Positions 31,602-40,905 of a stretch of DNA of 64,000 nucleotides are shown one piece after another (positions within the stretch are counted from its first letter, which is position 1; each line of letters starts with the position of its first letter). The stretch comes from an uncultured Gemmatimonadales bacterium. Its GTDB lineage: Bacteria > Gemmatimonadota > Gemmatimonadetes > Longimicrobiales > RSA9. The notes under the pieces are model-generated. The model saw nothing but the letters and a program-made list of their open reading frames with translations, did no database searches and was not told the origin of the DNA. The position numbers and the translations under genes are program-made. Location: NCBI GenBank assembly GCA_963798085.1, contig CAWCRS010000003.1, positions 352,001 to 416,000 of the forward strand. Reading direction: 5' to 3'.

Positions 31602-32756
31602 ATGAAACCGAATCGCAGGGACTTCATCAGGGCAACCGCGCTGGGTGGCGGTGCGCTCAGCCTGGGCATGGCGCCCGGCACCTCGCCGCTGCGTACCACC
31701 CGTGAGGCTGCGCCGGTCGAACCGGCCCGCCGGCCGCTGCGTCTGCTGATTCTCGGCGGCACAGGGTTCACCGGACCGCATCAGGTGCGCTACGCCGTGG
31801 CACGCGGGCACACGGTCTCCGTGTTCAATCGCGGCCACCGCCAGACGGATCTGCCCGACGGCGTCGAACACCTGCAGGGCGATCGCAACAACGACCTGAA
31901 ATCGCTCGAGGGCAGGACGTGGGATGTCGTCATCGACAATCCGACGACGCTGCCCAACTGGGTCCGTCTCTCCGGCAAGCTGCTCCGCAATGCAGCGGAT
32001 CAGTACATCTTCATCTCGACCATCTCGGTGTACGGCGATACCAGCGTGGCGGGCATGGACGAGACCACACCCGTGCTCGAGTACACGGGCGAAACCGATG
32101 CCTTCGCGCTGCAGCCCGCCGATGCGGGCAGGTTCTACGGTCCGCTCAAGGCGCTGTCGGAGCGCGAGGCCGCGTACTGGTTCCCGGGGCGCGCCACCAT
32201 TATCCGACCCGGCCTCATCGTGGGACCGGGCGACGAGTCCGGTCGTTTCACGTACTGGCCCGCACGCATTGATCGCGGCGGTGAAGTGCTGGCGCCCGAC
32301 AAGCCCGCGGATCCCACGCAGATCATCGATGCCCGCGACCTCGCCGAATGGACCATACGCATGGCGGAAGACGGGCGCGTGGGCATCTTCAACGCCACCG
32401 GCCCCGACGAGCCCCGGCCCATCGGCGAGATGCTGAGCGGCATACGCACCGCGATTGGCTCTAACTGCACATTTACATGGGTCGACCAGGACTTCCTGCA
32501 GCAGCAGCAGGTGCGCGGCTGGAGCGAGCTGCCCGTGTGGGTGCCGAGCCGCGCGGACAATGCCGGCTTCATGCGCGTCAGCGTGGCCCGCGCCATCGCC
32601 CAGGGCCTGACATACCGCCGGCTGGCCCTGACCGCCCGCGACACCCTCGCCTACTGGAAGGCGATGACGCCCGAGCAGCAGCAGAAATCGCCCGCCGGCC
32701 TCAAGGCTGAAAAAGAGCAGCAGGTCCTGGCCGCATGGCATGCCGCCAGGGGATAG
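31602..32756 (+). CDS. NAD-dependent epimerase/dehydratase with Tat signal, paralog 3
   Basis: NRRDFIR, LILGGTGFTG, YGPLK, IRPGLIVGPGD. Confidence 0.9.
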   Translation: MKPNRRDFIRATALGGGALSLGMAPGTSPLRTTREAAPVEPARRPLRLLILGGTGFTGPHQVRYAVARGHTVSVFNRGHRQTDLPDGVEHLQGDRNNDLKSLEGRTWDVVIDNPTTLPNWVRLSGKLLRNAADQYIFISTISVYGDTSVAGMDETTPVLEYTGETDAFALQPADAGRFYGPLKALSEREAAYWFPGRATIIRPGLIVGPGDESGRFTYWPARIDRGGEVLAPDKPADPTQIIDARDLAEWTIRMAEDGRVGIFNATGPDEPRPIGEMLSGIRTAIGSNCTFTWVDQDFLQQQQVRGWSELPVWVPSRADNAGFMRVSVARAIAQGLTYRRLALTARDTLAYWKAMTPEQQQKSPAGLKAEKEQQVLAAWHAARG

Positions 32757-32789
32757 AAATGGATGGACGGCGTAGCTGGTGAGGATGAG

Positions 32790-33376
32790 AGACTTGAAAT
32801 GCGTTGCTGGGGCTGGTTGCTGGGGAACGATAACAGACTTGAACTGCGTGGCTGGGGCTGGTTGCCCGGGCGGGTTGCTGGGGCACGACAACAAGATCTT
32901 GAACTGCGTGGCTGGCCCGGGAGCTTGAACTGGCCGGCAAACCGATTGGCGGAAGCGGAACCAGAACCTCCAGCGTACGATCAGTGGGGTCAGGTCGGGT
33001 GAGCTGCGGAGTCTGGCTGCCCTGTGACGAACGGGGGGCAGAGGCGATGCAGGACTCGGGCCGCCTAACGAGTCGTTAGAATGGGCTCCCCCCGTGCGTG
33101 CGCCGGATCCAGGCCGGGCCACCACGCGTCCTGCGCCCGGCTCTGACGAGCGTCATTCCAGAGAGCCCTTCCGCTGCAAGCCCCAGACGGCACGTTTCAA
33201 TCCGTTGTCCGTCCCCCAGCAACCAGCCCGAGCAACCAGCGCCAGCGACGCATTTCAATCTGTTCGCCGTTCCCCAGTAACCAGCCCGAGCCACGCATTT
33301 CAATCCGTTGTCCGTCCCCCAGCAACCAGCCCGAGCAACCAGCGCCAGCAACGCATTTCAATCTGTTCGCCGTCCC
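32790..33376. repeat. Family B: two inverted arrays of CCCCAGCAACCAGC...ACGCATTTCAA units
   Basis: Left arm TTGAA at 32794/32839/32899/32925; right arm TTCAA at 33196/33254/33299/33357; mostly 45-bp and 58-60-bp units. Confidence 0.9.
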
Positions 33377-33409
33377 GACCGATCCAGCGGGAGCCGGCAT
33401 TCCAGTCGA

Positions 33410-34333
33410 CTAGAGGGCAGGCTCAGGCGCAGCGGTCGCGCCCGCCAGCCGTCGCATTCCGGCGCGCAGCATCGTAATCGCCGTGTAGAGCACCACGACC
33501 ACTACCAGCCAGCGCACGGCGGTGAGTGGCAGTGACTTCACGATGTAGGCGGCGATGAGCACGGCGGGTATGCCGCCCAGTGTCAGCCCCAGTGCCGGGC
33601 GAGGACTGTAGCTGCCGGCCTGGATGAACTTGGTGCTGGCGACGGGCATGAGGAACGCGCACGAGCCCATCATGATGGGAAACGCTGCGCGTGGATTCAT
33701 GCCCAGCAGGCTGATCATGATGAGGGCCGGCGCGTACAGGCCGATGCCCAGTGTCATGAGCGCGCCCAGCACGAAGTTGCCCGCGATCCCGAGGTAGAGC
33801 AGCGTGCCGTGCAGCGCCAGTGCATCGCCGCCGTGGATCACGGGTGTGCCGCGCATCTCGTCCAGGTTCTTCAGCACGAAGAACGCCGCCGCAGCCAGCA
33901 GCGCGAGCCCCATTCCCAGCTGGATCTTGCGACGCGGCCAGCGTGACACCACGCCTGCGCCCAGCCACGAGCCCAGCACGGATGAAGCGATCAGTAACAC
34001 CATTGTCAGCACGTCCACCTGCACGATCGACACGTAGATGAACGCTTCCGCGATCGTGGGCAGCGTGTGGCCTACGTTGAGCGTGCCCGGGATCACTTCG
34101 TCCGGCACCACCTTGCCGATGCGGAACATGGCGGTAGTGGGCGCAAAGGAGCCGATGCCCAGCGTGTCGAAGAAATTCGTGATGAAGCCGATGCCGGTCT
34201 GCGGCGCCGTGGGCAGGCGCGCGGGCTCACCCTTGCCCGTGCGCGCGCGCGCCCGCAGATCGCGCCACCAGATCAGTGCGTAGGCGATCGTGAACAACGC
34301 CAGCACCAGCAGCAATCCGTTCTTGGCAGTCAT
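33410..34333 (-). CDS. Sulfite exporter TauE/SafE (TSUP) family membrane protein
   Basis: NFFDTLGIGSFAPTT, PGTLNVG, GIGLYAP, AFPIMMGSCAFLMP; multiple TMs. Confidence 0.85.
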   Translation of the reverse strand: MTAKNGLLLVLALFTIAYALIWWRDLRARARTGKGEPARLPTAPQTGIGFITNFFDTLGIGSFAPTTAMFRIGKVVPDEVIPGTLNVGHTLPTIAEAFIYVSIVQVDVLTMVLLIASSVLGSWLGAGVVSRWPRRKIQLGMGLALLAAAAFFVLKNLDEMRGTPVIHGGDALALHGTLLYLGIAGNFVLGALMTLGIGLYAPALIMISLLGMNPRAAFPIMMGSCAFLMPVASTKFIQAGSYSPRPALGLTLGGIPAVLIAAYIVKSLPLTAVRWLVVVVVLYTAITMLRAGMRRLAGATAAPEPAL

Positions 34334-34924
34334 GCTCTGAACCTCGGCTCGCCAGTGTCGGAACTGTGAATGAGTCGGCGGGAGCGCCCAAAGTGCAGGC
34401 AGCGCCGGCCTGCAGCAACCATATCGGTCGCGCTTCGGTGGGCTGCGCGCAGACTCAGGGCAGGCGTTTGTCGACCTCGCCCCGGCCGCAACGCACGCTG
34501 CCGCACAATGGCGGCCATGGCCCGCGATTGATACCAGCAGTCGAGTCGCCTGCGACGCCGCAGCGCGACGCACGGCCGGCCGGCGCGCATACGCAGACGG
34601 CGGGTCGCTCGACCGGCCAGCCGGTCGCTGCACGCGGGTTCGCCTGCCCATTCTCGGCCTGCCGCGGCAATTCGCTCGCGGCGCCACCCTCCGGCCCGTG
34701 CAGGTGTGCTCGGTCCTGTCTGTCCGCGCGCGTGCGCGGCCGGCGCGCGCAGGGAAGAGCTGAAGCGCAGGATGCGTTGAAGGGGCGACGACCCGTCGTC
34801 GCCAACACCTGTTCCCGGATCCGCAAGTGAATCCTCGATGGCGATCCTATTGAGCCGGGAACGGAGGCTGAATATTGGTACGGAGCTGCAATCCGTTCCA
34901 CGTGCGTCTGGCGCTGCGCCGCCC

Positions 34925-34968
34925 TTCCCTATATACATATGGAATGACCCATATCAAGCTATGGGAAG
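34925..34968 (+). promoter_or_regulatory. Two tandem palindromic sites CCMTA-N6-TATGG, probable PadR operator
   Basis: CCCTA-TATACA-TATGG at 34927 and CCATA-TCAAGC-TATGG at 34949, 22 bp apart, immediately before the padR ATG. Confidence 0.6.
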
Positions 34969-34974
34969 ACGACC

Positions 34975-35331
34975 ATGGGAAACAGCGATTACCTGCTCCA
35001 CGGCACCCTCGACTTCCTCGTGCTCAAGGCGCTCGCCTGGGGCGAGATGCACGGCTTCGGCGTGGCGCGCTGGATCGAGCGCATCACCGAGGATGTGCTG
35101 ACCGTCGAAGAGGGTTCGCTCTATCCCGCGCTGCACCGCCTCGAGCGGGACGGCCTGGTGTCCGGGCGCTGGGGCGTGTCGCAGAACAACCGGCGCGCCC
35201 GCTTCTATCGCATCACGCCGGCAGGTGAGAAACAGCTGCGCGCGACGTATGCGAACTGGTCGCGTTTCGCCGCGGCCATCGAGAAGGTCGCAGCGGCGCA
35301 GCCCACGCGACGCGGCCCGAGGCCGGCGTGA
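34975..35331 (+). CDS. PadR family transcriptional regulator (Acidobacterial ADOP-associated type)
   Basis: GTLDFLVLKAL, MHGFGV, VEEGSLYPALHRLE, WGVSQNNRRARFY. Confidence 0.93.
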   Translation: MGNSDYLLHGTLDFLVLKALAWGEMHGFGVARWIERITEDVLTVEEGSLYPALHRLERDGLVSGRWGVSQNNRRARFYRITPAGEKQLRATYANWSRFAAAIEKVAAAQPTRRGPRPA

Positions 35332-35401
35332 GCGCCGCGGGATCGCGCCGCGACCACCATGGACGCGTTGAGCGTCACCGCCAATTCGAGATGAAGGCGA
35401 C

Positions 35402-38113
35402 ATGAGTCGATCGTGGCGGCAGCGGTTGCGGCGGCGTCAGACGCGTGCCCGCGATGCCGACGTGCAGGACGAGCTCGATTTCCATCTCGACATGCTGACG
35501 CGGCAGAACCGGGCGCGCGGCATGGACGAGGCGTCGGCGCGGCGTGCGGCGGAACAGCGTTTCGGCCGGCGCGACTCGTTCGCGCGCCAGATGCACCAGT
35601 TGGATGCGCAGCGGGCACAGCGGCAGCGGCACGGCGACCGGCTGGGCGAGGTGCGGCGGGACGTGGCGTTCGCGCTGCGTGCGATCGCGCGTCGACCCGG
35701 CTTCACCATGATCGTGGTGCTCACGCTGGCGCTGGGCATTGGCGCGACCACGGCCATCTTCAGTCTTGTTAACTATGTGTTATGGCAGCCGCCAGTCGGG
35801 CTGGCCGACCCGGACGCACTGGTGACGGTCCGCTTTCCCGCGGCCAATTCGCCCGGTGCGTTCTACGTCATCTCCCATGCGGATTACGCCGATCTGGCCG
35901 GCGCTGTCCCCGCGCTGCGCAGTCTGGCGGCGAGTACGCAGCTGAATCTGCACGTGGTGACGCCCGGCGAGCTGCCGCGCCGAATGGCGGGCGATCTGAT
36001 AACCGACAATTACGCGGCGACACTCGGAATCCGTCCGCGTGTCGGCCGCATTCCTGCGCCGGCGGACCGCGACTATCCGCACGAGGCGCTGATCAGCGAT
36101 CGCCTCTGGGCCGAGGCGTACGAGCGTGCGCCGGATGTGACGGACCGCACGATCGTGGTCAACGGCAAGGCGCTCCGCATCAGTGGTGTAGCGCAGCGCG
36201 GATTTCGCGGTACGGTGCTCTGGCCGTCCGCAGGCGGCAGCGATCTGTGGATTCCGGTCGCGGCGTATCCGGAGGTATGGGGTGGCCGACGCGGCGACCT
36301 CCTGACGGACCGGCGGCAGCTGGTGTATCCCGGCGCCATCGGCCGTCTCGCCCCCGGCGTCACGCCCGCACTGGCGGAGGCACAGCTCACAGCGACGGCC
36401 GCGCGCATCGTGCAGGACCACCCGGAGGCAACGCTGAAGGGGCTGGTGCCGCGCGTCACGCCCGGTGTCGGTCTCAATCCCTGGGCGCGCCAGCAGGTGG
36501 CGGAGACGATGCGGATCCTGTTCGGCGTCGTCGCCTTTCTGCTGCTGCTGGCCTGCGCGAATGCTGGTAATATGCTGTTAGCGCGGGCCTCGGCGCGTGG
36601 CACCGAGCTGTCGCTGCGCCGGGCGCTCGGTGCGAGCCGCGCTCGCCTGGTGCGCCAGCTGCTCACGGAGGCGATGCTGCTGGCCGGGCTGAGCGGCGGC
36701 GGCGGCGTGGCGCTCATGTGGTTTTCACTGCGCCTTTTCCGCGGCGAGCACCTGATGTCGTTCCTGCCCGCCTTGCAGCGCGTGCCGGTGGATGCGCGCG
36801 TGCTGCTCTTCGCGCTGCTGCTTTCGACCCTGACCGGCGTGCTTTTCGCGATCCTGCCGGCGTTCGTGGCCACGCGCAGCGCGAGTGCCGCCCTGCACGC
36901 GCATGGGCGCACGGCCGCCGGGCGCTCTCCGGTACGCACAGCCCTCGTGGTGGCACAGGTCGCGATCTCGCTGACGCTGCTGGTGGCCGCGGGCCTGCTG
37001 CTTGCCTCCGTGCACGCGTTGCGCTCGGTCGATCTGGGTTTCCAGCCGGACGACGTGCTGGAAGCATCGGTGGATCCGTTCACCCAGGGCTACGACAGCG
37101 TGCGTACGGCGAGGCTGCTCGATGGCCTGCTGCAGCGCGCCCGCCAGCTGCCCGGCGTGACGGCGGCTGGCATGGCGTGGGCTCCCATACAGGGTCATAT
37201 GGGGGCGGGACTGCCCGTGCGGCCGGAAGGCGAAGCACGCGAGAGCGAGCACACCGTTTCCGCCTCTGCCAACCACATCACGGCGGGCCTGCTCCCGGCC
37301 ACCGGCATGCGGCTCGAGGCGGGTCGCGACTTCCAGGATAACGAAGCGTTTGCGTTCAACCCGCACGGCGGCGTCGCCATCGTGAATGCCACGCTGGCGC
37401 ACAAGCTGTTTCCCGCGGGCGCCCTGGGCCGTCGCATCGATGTCGGGTACGACGCGCCGCGCGTGCTGCGCATCGTGGGCGTAATTGCGGATGCACGGGT
37501 CGATCGGGTGAAGGACCCGGCTGACGCGCTGATCTACGAGCCGGTGGGCCAGCCGTGGGGCACACCATGGGCTACGCTGTACGTACGCCAGGCGCCGGGC
37601 GCGTGGAATCCGGCCGCGCTTGCCCAGCAGCTGCGCGCGGCCATGCGCGAGCTGGATGGCGCACTGCCCCTCTACGACGTGCAGCCCCTGACCCGGCGCA
37701 TCAGTGCCGACATCGCGGGGGAGCGCCTTCTCGCGCGCATCACCACCGTGTTCGCCACGCTGGCGCTGGCGCTCGCCGCCTTCGGCCTCTACGGCGTGCT
37801 GGCGTTCACGGTGGGACAGCGCACGCGGGAGATTGGTGTGCGGACGGCTCTGGGGGCGGGCGCCGGCCGCATCCTTGCCATGGTGCTGCGCCAGGGGCTG
37901 GGGGCGGCGCTGGCGGGCACGCTGATCGGCCTGTTCGCGGCCACCCAGCTCACGCGGCTGCTTTCTAACCGTCTGTTTGGCGTGTCTCGCCTCGACCTGC
38001 GCGTCTTCGGCCTGGCCGCACTTCTGCTGCTGGCCGTGGCCGCGCTGGCCTGCTGGGTGCCGGCCCGCCGCGCCACGCGCGTACACCCGACCGTCGCCCT
38101 GCGCACGGACTAG
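35402..38113 (+). CDS. ADOP-type duplicated ABC permease with N-terminal prefix domain
   Basis: DELDFHLDM...ARRAAEQRFG prefix, LALGIGATTAIFS, LLLACANAGN, REIGVRTALGA, PARRATRVHP. Confidence 0.92.
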   Translation: MSRSWRQRLRRRQTRARDADVQDELDFHLDMLTRQNRARGMDEASARRAAEQRFGRRDSFARQMHQLDAQRAQRQRHGDRLGEVRRDVAFALRAIARRPGFTMIVVLTLALGIGATTAIFSLVNYVLWQPPVGLADPDALVTVRFPAANSPGAFYVISHADYADLAGAVPALRSLAASTQLNLHVVTPGELPRRMAGDLITDNYAATLGIRPRVGRIPAPADRDYPHEALISDRLWAEAYERAPDVTDRTIVVNGKALRISGVAQRGFRGTVLWPSAGGSDLWIPVAAYPEVWGGRRGDLLTDRRQLVYPGAIGRLAPGVTPALAEAQLTATAARIVQDHPEATLKGLVPRVTPGVGLNPWARQQVAETMRILFGVVAFLLLLACANAGNMLLARASARGTELSLRRALGASRARLVRQLLTEAMLLAGLSGGGGVALMWFSLRLFRGEHLMSFLPALQRVPVDARVLLFALLLSTLTGVLFAILPAFVATRSASAALHAHGRTAAGRSPVRTALVVAQVAISLTLLVAAGLLLASVHALRSVDLGFQPDDVLEASVDPFTQGYDSVRTARLLDGLLQRARQLPGVTAAGMAWAPIQGHMGAGLPVRPEGEARESEHTVSASANHITAGLLPATGMRLEAGRDFQDNEAFAFNPHGGVAIVNATLAHKLFPAGALGRRIDVGYDAPRVLRIVGVIADARVDRVKDPADALIYEPVGQPWGTPWATLYVRQAPGAWNPAALAQQLRAAMRELDGALPLYDVQPLTRRISADIAGERLLARITTVFATLALALAAFGLYGVLAFTVGQRTREIGVRTALGAGAGRILAMVLRQGLGAALAGTLIGLFAATQLTRLLSNRLFGVSRLDLRVFGLAALLLLAVAALACWVPARRATRVHPTVALRTD

Positions 38114-38192
38114 CTCGCCGCGACGGTCGTGCGCAGATTGGGCGGATGAGCAGCCGCCACCGGCGCCGGTGCGCCGCAGCCGCGTTCTCGCG

Positions 38193-38699
38193 GTGAGTCA
38201 GCCGGCCGTGCGCATCCTCCCCATGTCGCGCGACCACGCGGAGGATGTCCTGGCGATCCATGGCCAGGGCATCAGCACCGGCAACGCGACCTTCGAGACG
38301 CGTGTGCCCGCCTGGGAGGAGTGGGACCTGCGGCACCGCGCGGACTGCCGCCTGGTGGCCGTGCGTGATAACATGGTGTTGGGATGGGCGGCGCTGAGCG
38401 CCGTCTCGACCCGCCCGGTCTATGCGGGTGTCGCCGAGGTCAGCGTGTACGTGCGAGCCGGGCACCGGGGCCGGGGCATCGGCCGGCAGCTGCTGCAGGC
38501 ACTGATCGCCGCATCCGAGGCCGCGCGCATCTGGACCCTGCAGTCCAGCGTGTTTCCCGAAAACCTCGGCACCATCCGACTGCACCAAAGCGCCGGTTTC
38601 CGCATGGTCGGCCGCCGCGAGCGCATCGGCCAGATGCACGGTCAGTGGCGCGACACCCTCCTCCTGGAACGGCGCAGCACGATCATTGGCTGCGACTGA
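38193..38699 (+). CDS. GNAT N-acetyltransferase (phosphinothricin/methionine sulfoximine acetyltransferase-like)
   Basis: ATFET, AEVSVYV, RGRGIG, FPENLGTIRLH, GFRMVG, WRDTLLLERRS. Confidence 0.88.
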   Translation: MSQPAVRILPMSRDHAEDVLAIHGQGISTGNATFETRVPAWEEWDLRHRADCRLVAVRDNMVLGWAALSAVSTRPVYAGVAEVSVYVRAGHRGRGIGRQLLQALIAASEAARIWTLQSSVFPENLGTIRLHQSAGFRMVGRRERIGQMHGQWRDTLLLERRSTIIGCD

Positions 38700-38792
38700 T
38701 CCGCGTCGGTGCGTCGGGTGTGTGCGCATAATCGCGCAGCACCGCGCAGCAGATCGAGGCCGGTCGACACCTGGATTGTCGCTGGAGCGACG

Positions 38793-39091
38793 ATCGCATC
38801 GGACCAGCCTGGCATGGTCCCTTTGGCCATATCACATTCGGACCAGCCTGGTGTGGCCCCCTTTCGCTATATCGCATCGGACCAGCCTGGTATGGTTTCT
38901 TTCGCTATATCGCATCGGACCAGCCTGGCATTCTTTCCTTTGGGCCGCTGCCACTATCCGCGCGACCCCAAGACGCATGAGAAGTGGTCAATCCATTCGC
39001 ATTCGCGTCGCTGTCATACCTGGAACGGCCATAACCCAAGAATGCCAAGACGGTCCGGCAGGCTGGCTGGCTACACGCCAGGACGGTCCGA
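38793..39091. repeat. Family A: three 38-39-bp tandem copies of one end, a full 144-bp copy (38915-39058) and a partial end
   Basis: GGACCAGCCTGG at 38801, 38840, 38879 and 38917; CCAAGACGGTCCGG ending 39058; ACGCCAGGACGGTCCGA at 39075. Confidence 0.9.
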
Positions 39092-39123
39092 CCCGAACGC
39101 CTGGGCGCGGCCCGCAGGAAGCG

Positions 39124-40905
39124 CTAACGGTACACGGCTTCGCCGGTGTGGGGCGAGCCGCCGGGGTTGGGCGCGAGCGTCACGCTCACGCGCAGGACGG
39201 CGCCCGTCTTGCGCACGGTCCAGGAGACCGAGCGCACCGTGTCCGACACGGCTTTGGAGAACGGGTTCGAACCGCGCAGGTGGCCCACCACTACGCGCGC
39301 GGAACCCACCACTTCGCCACCCACCACGTTCAGGATGGCGACCGGTGGCGTCACGATCTGGTCCGTCACCCGGCCATCACTGCCCGTGCGGCCGGTCGCG
39401 CCGCGCTCGGTCAGGTTGGTGGGCAGGTAACCGGTGTTGCGCACCGCGATCTCGACGTGCACCTGGCCGCCGGATGTCCCGGCGACGTGCAGCGCGCCCA
39501 GCTCGAGGCGTGGCGACTTCTGCAGCAGTGAGAAGATCCAGGGCAGCTGCACTGCACATTCCTTCTCCAGGAACTCGGCGGGCGGATTCTGTCCCCAGAA
39601 GTGCGTGTGCCAGCCGCCGATCTCGACTTCGCCCAGCTGCGGATGCGCGAAGCGCTTCCAGTTCGAGAAATACTTCCCCTTCAGTTCCTCGTCGTCGAAG
39701 CGCATGGCTTCTTCGTCAGAAATGCGGCCGTCGCCATTGTAGTCTGTAACCCACGCGTTAGCGGGTACGTACTCGGGCACCCAGCCGATGATGCCGCGAA
39801 TGTCGTAGGCCCAGCCGATCAGCGTGCCATAGCGGTGATCGGTGGGATCGGTCGAGCTGGCCTGCACGGGCCGTCCCGTCGTTTCCGTGTACGGCTTGCC
39901 CATGGCTTCGATGAGGGCGAGGTCGGTGACATTGAAGGTCGCGGGATCGGATGACGAAGGCAGCCGGTACACGAAGCCGCCCGCCGTGTGACCGTGCACG
40001 ATGCTGGCGATGTTGGGATGCTCCACGATGAACTTCACCGTGGCGTACGTCTCGGGCTCCGACAGTGAGAAGGCGCCCGCGCCGTCCTGGATGTACTCCG
40101 GCTCCCAGTTGCGCGGGAAATTGCGGTTCATGTCAATGCCGCCCACGCCGTCCTCGTTGAAGCGGCCATCATGGTCGTTGTCGATTCCCTCGCTCAGCAG
40201 GAAATAGAACGGACCGGTGCTGTCGCGAGGCGTACGGCGCACCATGATGCGCGGGTCGCTGCCCAGCTTCCAGTCGCCCTTCGCGTCGCGCACGCGCATC
40301 TGCGTGATCCAGCCATCGCCGTCCAGGTCTTCGGGCGGATCCTCATCGGCCGTGCCGTCGCCATCCTCATCCCGGGGGCGCACCGTGCTGCGCAGGCGCT
40401 GGTCGTGCTCCAGCACGAGGTCCGATCCGTCGGGATTGAACTTCGGGCGAACATACAATGCGCGCGTGTCCAGCAGCTGTGTAACCAGGGAGTCCTTGCC
40501 GTAGTGCTCGAGCAGATAGCCGATCGTGTACAGCGCCACGGCCGACCCGGTCAGCTCGCCCGCGTGGATGCCGCCATCCAGATACAGTGCCGGTTTGTCC
40601 GCGGCCTTTCCGGTTTCTTCGCTGGTCACTTCCATGAGCATGAGTTCGGCGCCCTTGTAGCTGCGGCCGATGGAGTACAGCTCGGTCAGGCGGGGATAAC
40701 GCGCTGCAAGGGTGCGCATGATGGTGTTGTTCTGCGCGGCCGTGTAGTAGCGGTTCCAGTCCACCTTGCCGGCGGCGCTGACCAGCGGTTTCTCCTGCGC
40801 CGGGCGCCGGGCCGTCTGCTGCGCCCGCGCACGCCCCGCGCCTGCCAGCACCGCGAGCAGAAGCAACGACGGCAGCGCGGAACGGACATGCGTCGCCCGC
40901 ATCAT
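39124..40905 (-). CDS. M14 family zinc carboxypeptidase, secreted
   Basis: GGIHAGE, NPDG, DMNRNFP, SEPET, HGHTAGG; acidic DGDG repeats; signal peptide. Confidence 0.92.
   Translation of the reverse strand: MMRATHVRSALPSLLLLAVLAGAGRARAQQTARRPAQEKPLVSAAGKVDWNRYYTAAQNNTIMRTLAARYPRLTELYSIGRSYKGAELMLMEVTSEETGKAADKPALYLDGGIHAGELTGSAVALYTIGYLLEHYGKDSLVTQLLDTRALYVRPKFNPDGSDLVLEHDQRLRSTVRPRDEDGDGTADEDPPEDLDGDGWITQMRVRDAKGDWKLGSDPRIMVRRTPRDSTGPFYFLLSEGIDNDHDGRFNEDGVGGIDMNRNFPRNWEPEYIQDGAGAFSLSEPETYATVKFIVEHPNIASIVHGHTAGGFVYRLPSSSDPATFNVTDLALIEAMGKPYTETTGRPVQASSTDPTDHRYGTLIGWAYDIRGIIGWVPEYVPANAWVTDYNGDGRISDEEAMRFDDEELKGKYFSNWKRFAHPQLGEVEIGGWHTHFWGQNPPAEFLEKECAVQLPWIFSLLQKSPRLELGALHVAGTSGGQVHVEIAVRNTGYLPTNLTERGATGRTGSDGRVTDQIVTPPVAILNVVGGEVVGSARVVVGHLRGSNPFSKAVSDTVRSVSWTVRKTGAVLRVSVTLAPNPGGSPHTGEAVYR

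Noticed and set aside
33062..33082. Integron attC site (GCCTAAC...GTTAGAA)
   Set aside because: Only 5 bp separate the core sites, there are no L boxes, and no cassette array or integrase is present.
32790..33376. CRISPR array (GTTTCAATCC/ATTTCAATC resemble CRISPR repeat ends)
   Set aside because: The intervening sequences are themselves repeated, spacing alternates 45/58 bp, the arms are inverted, and there are no cas genes.
38793..38940. Mini-CRISPR array
   Set aside because: The 38-39-bp period is too short, linkers are mutually similar, and the unit is the Family A end.
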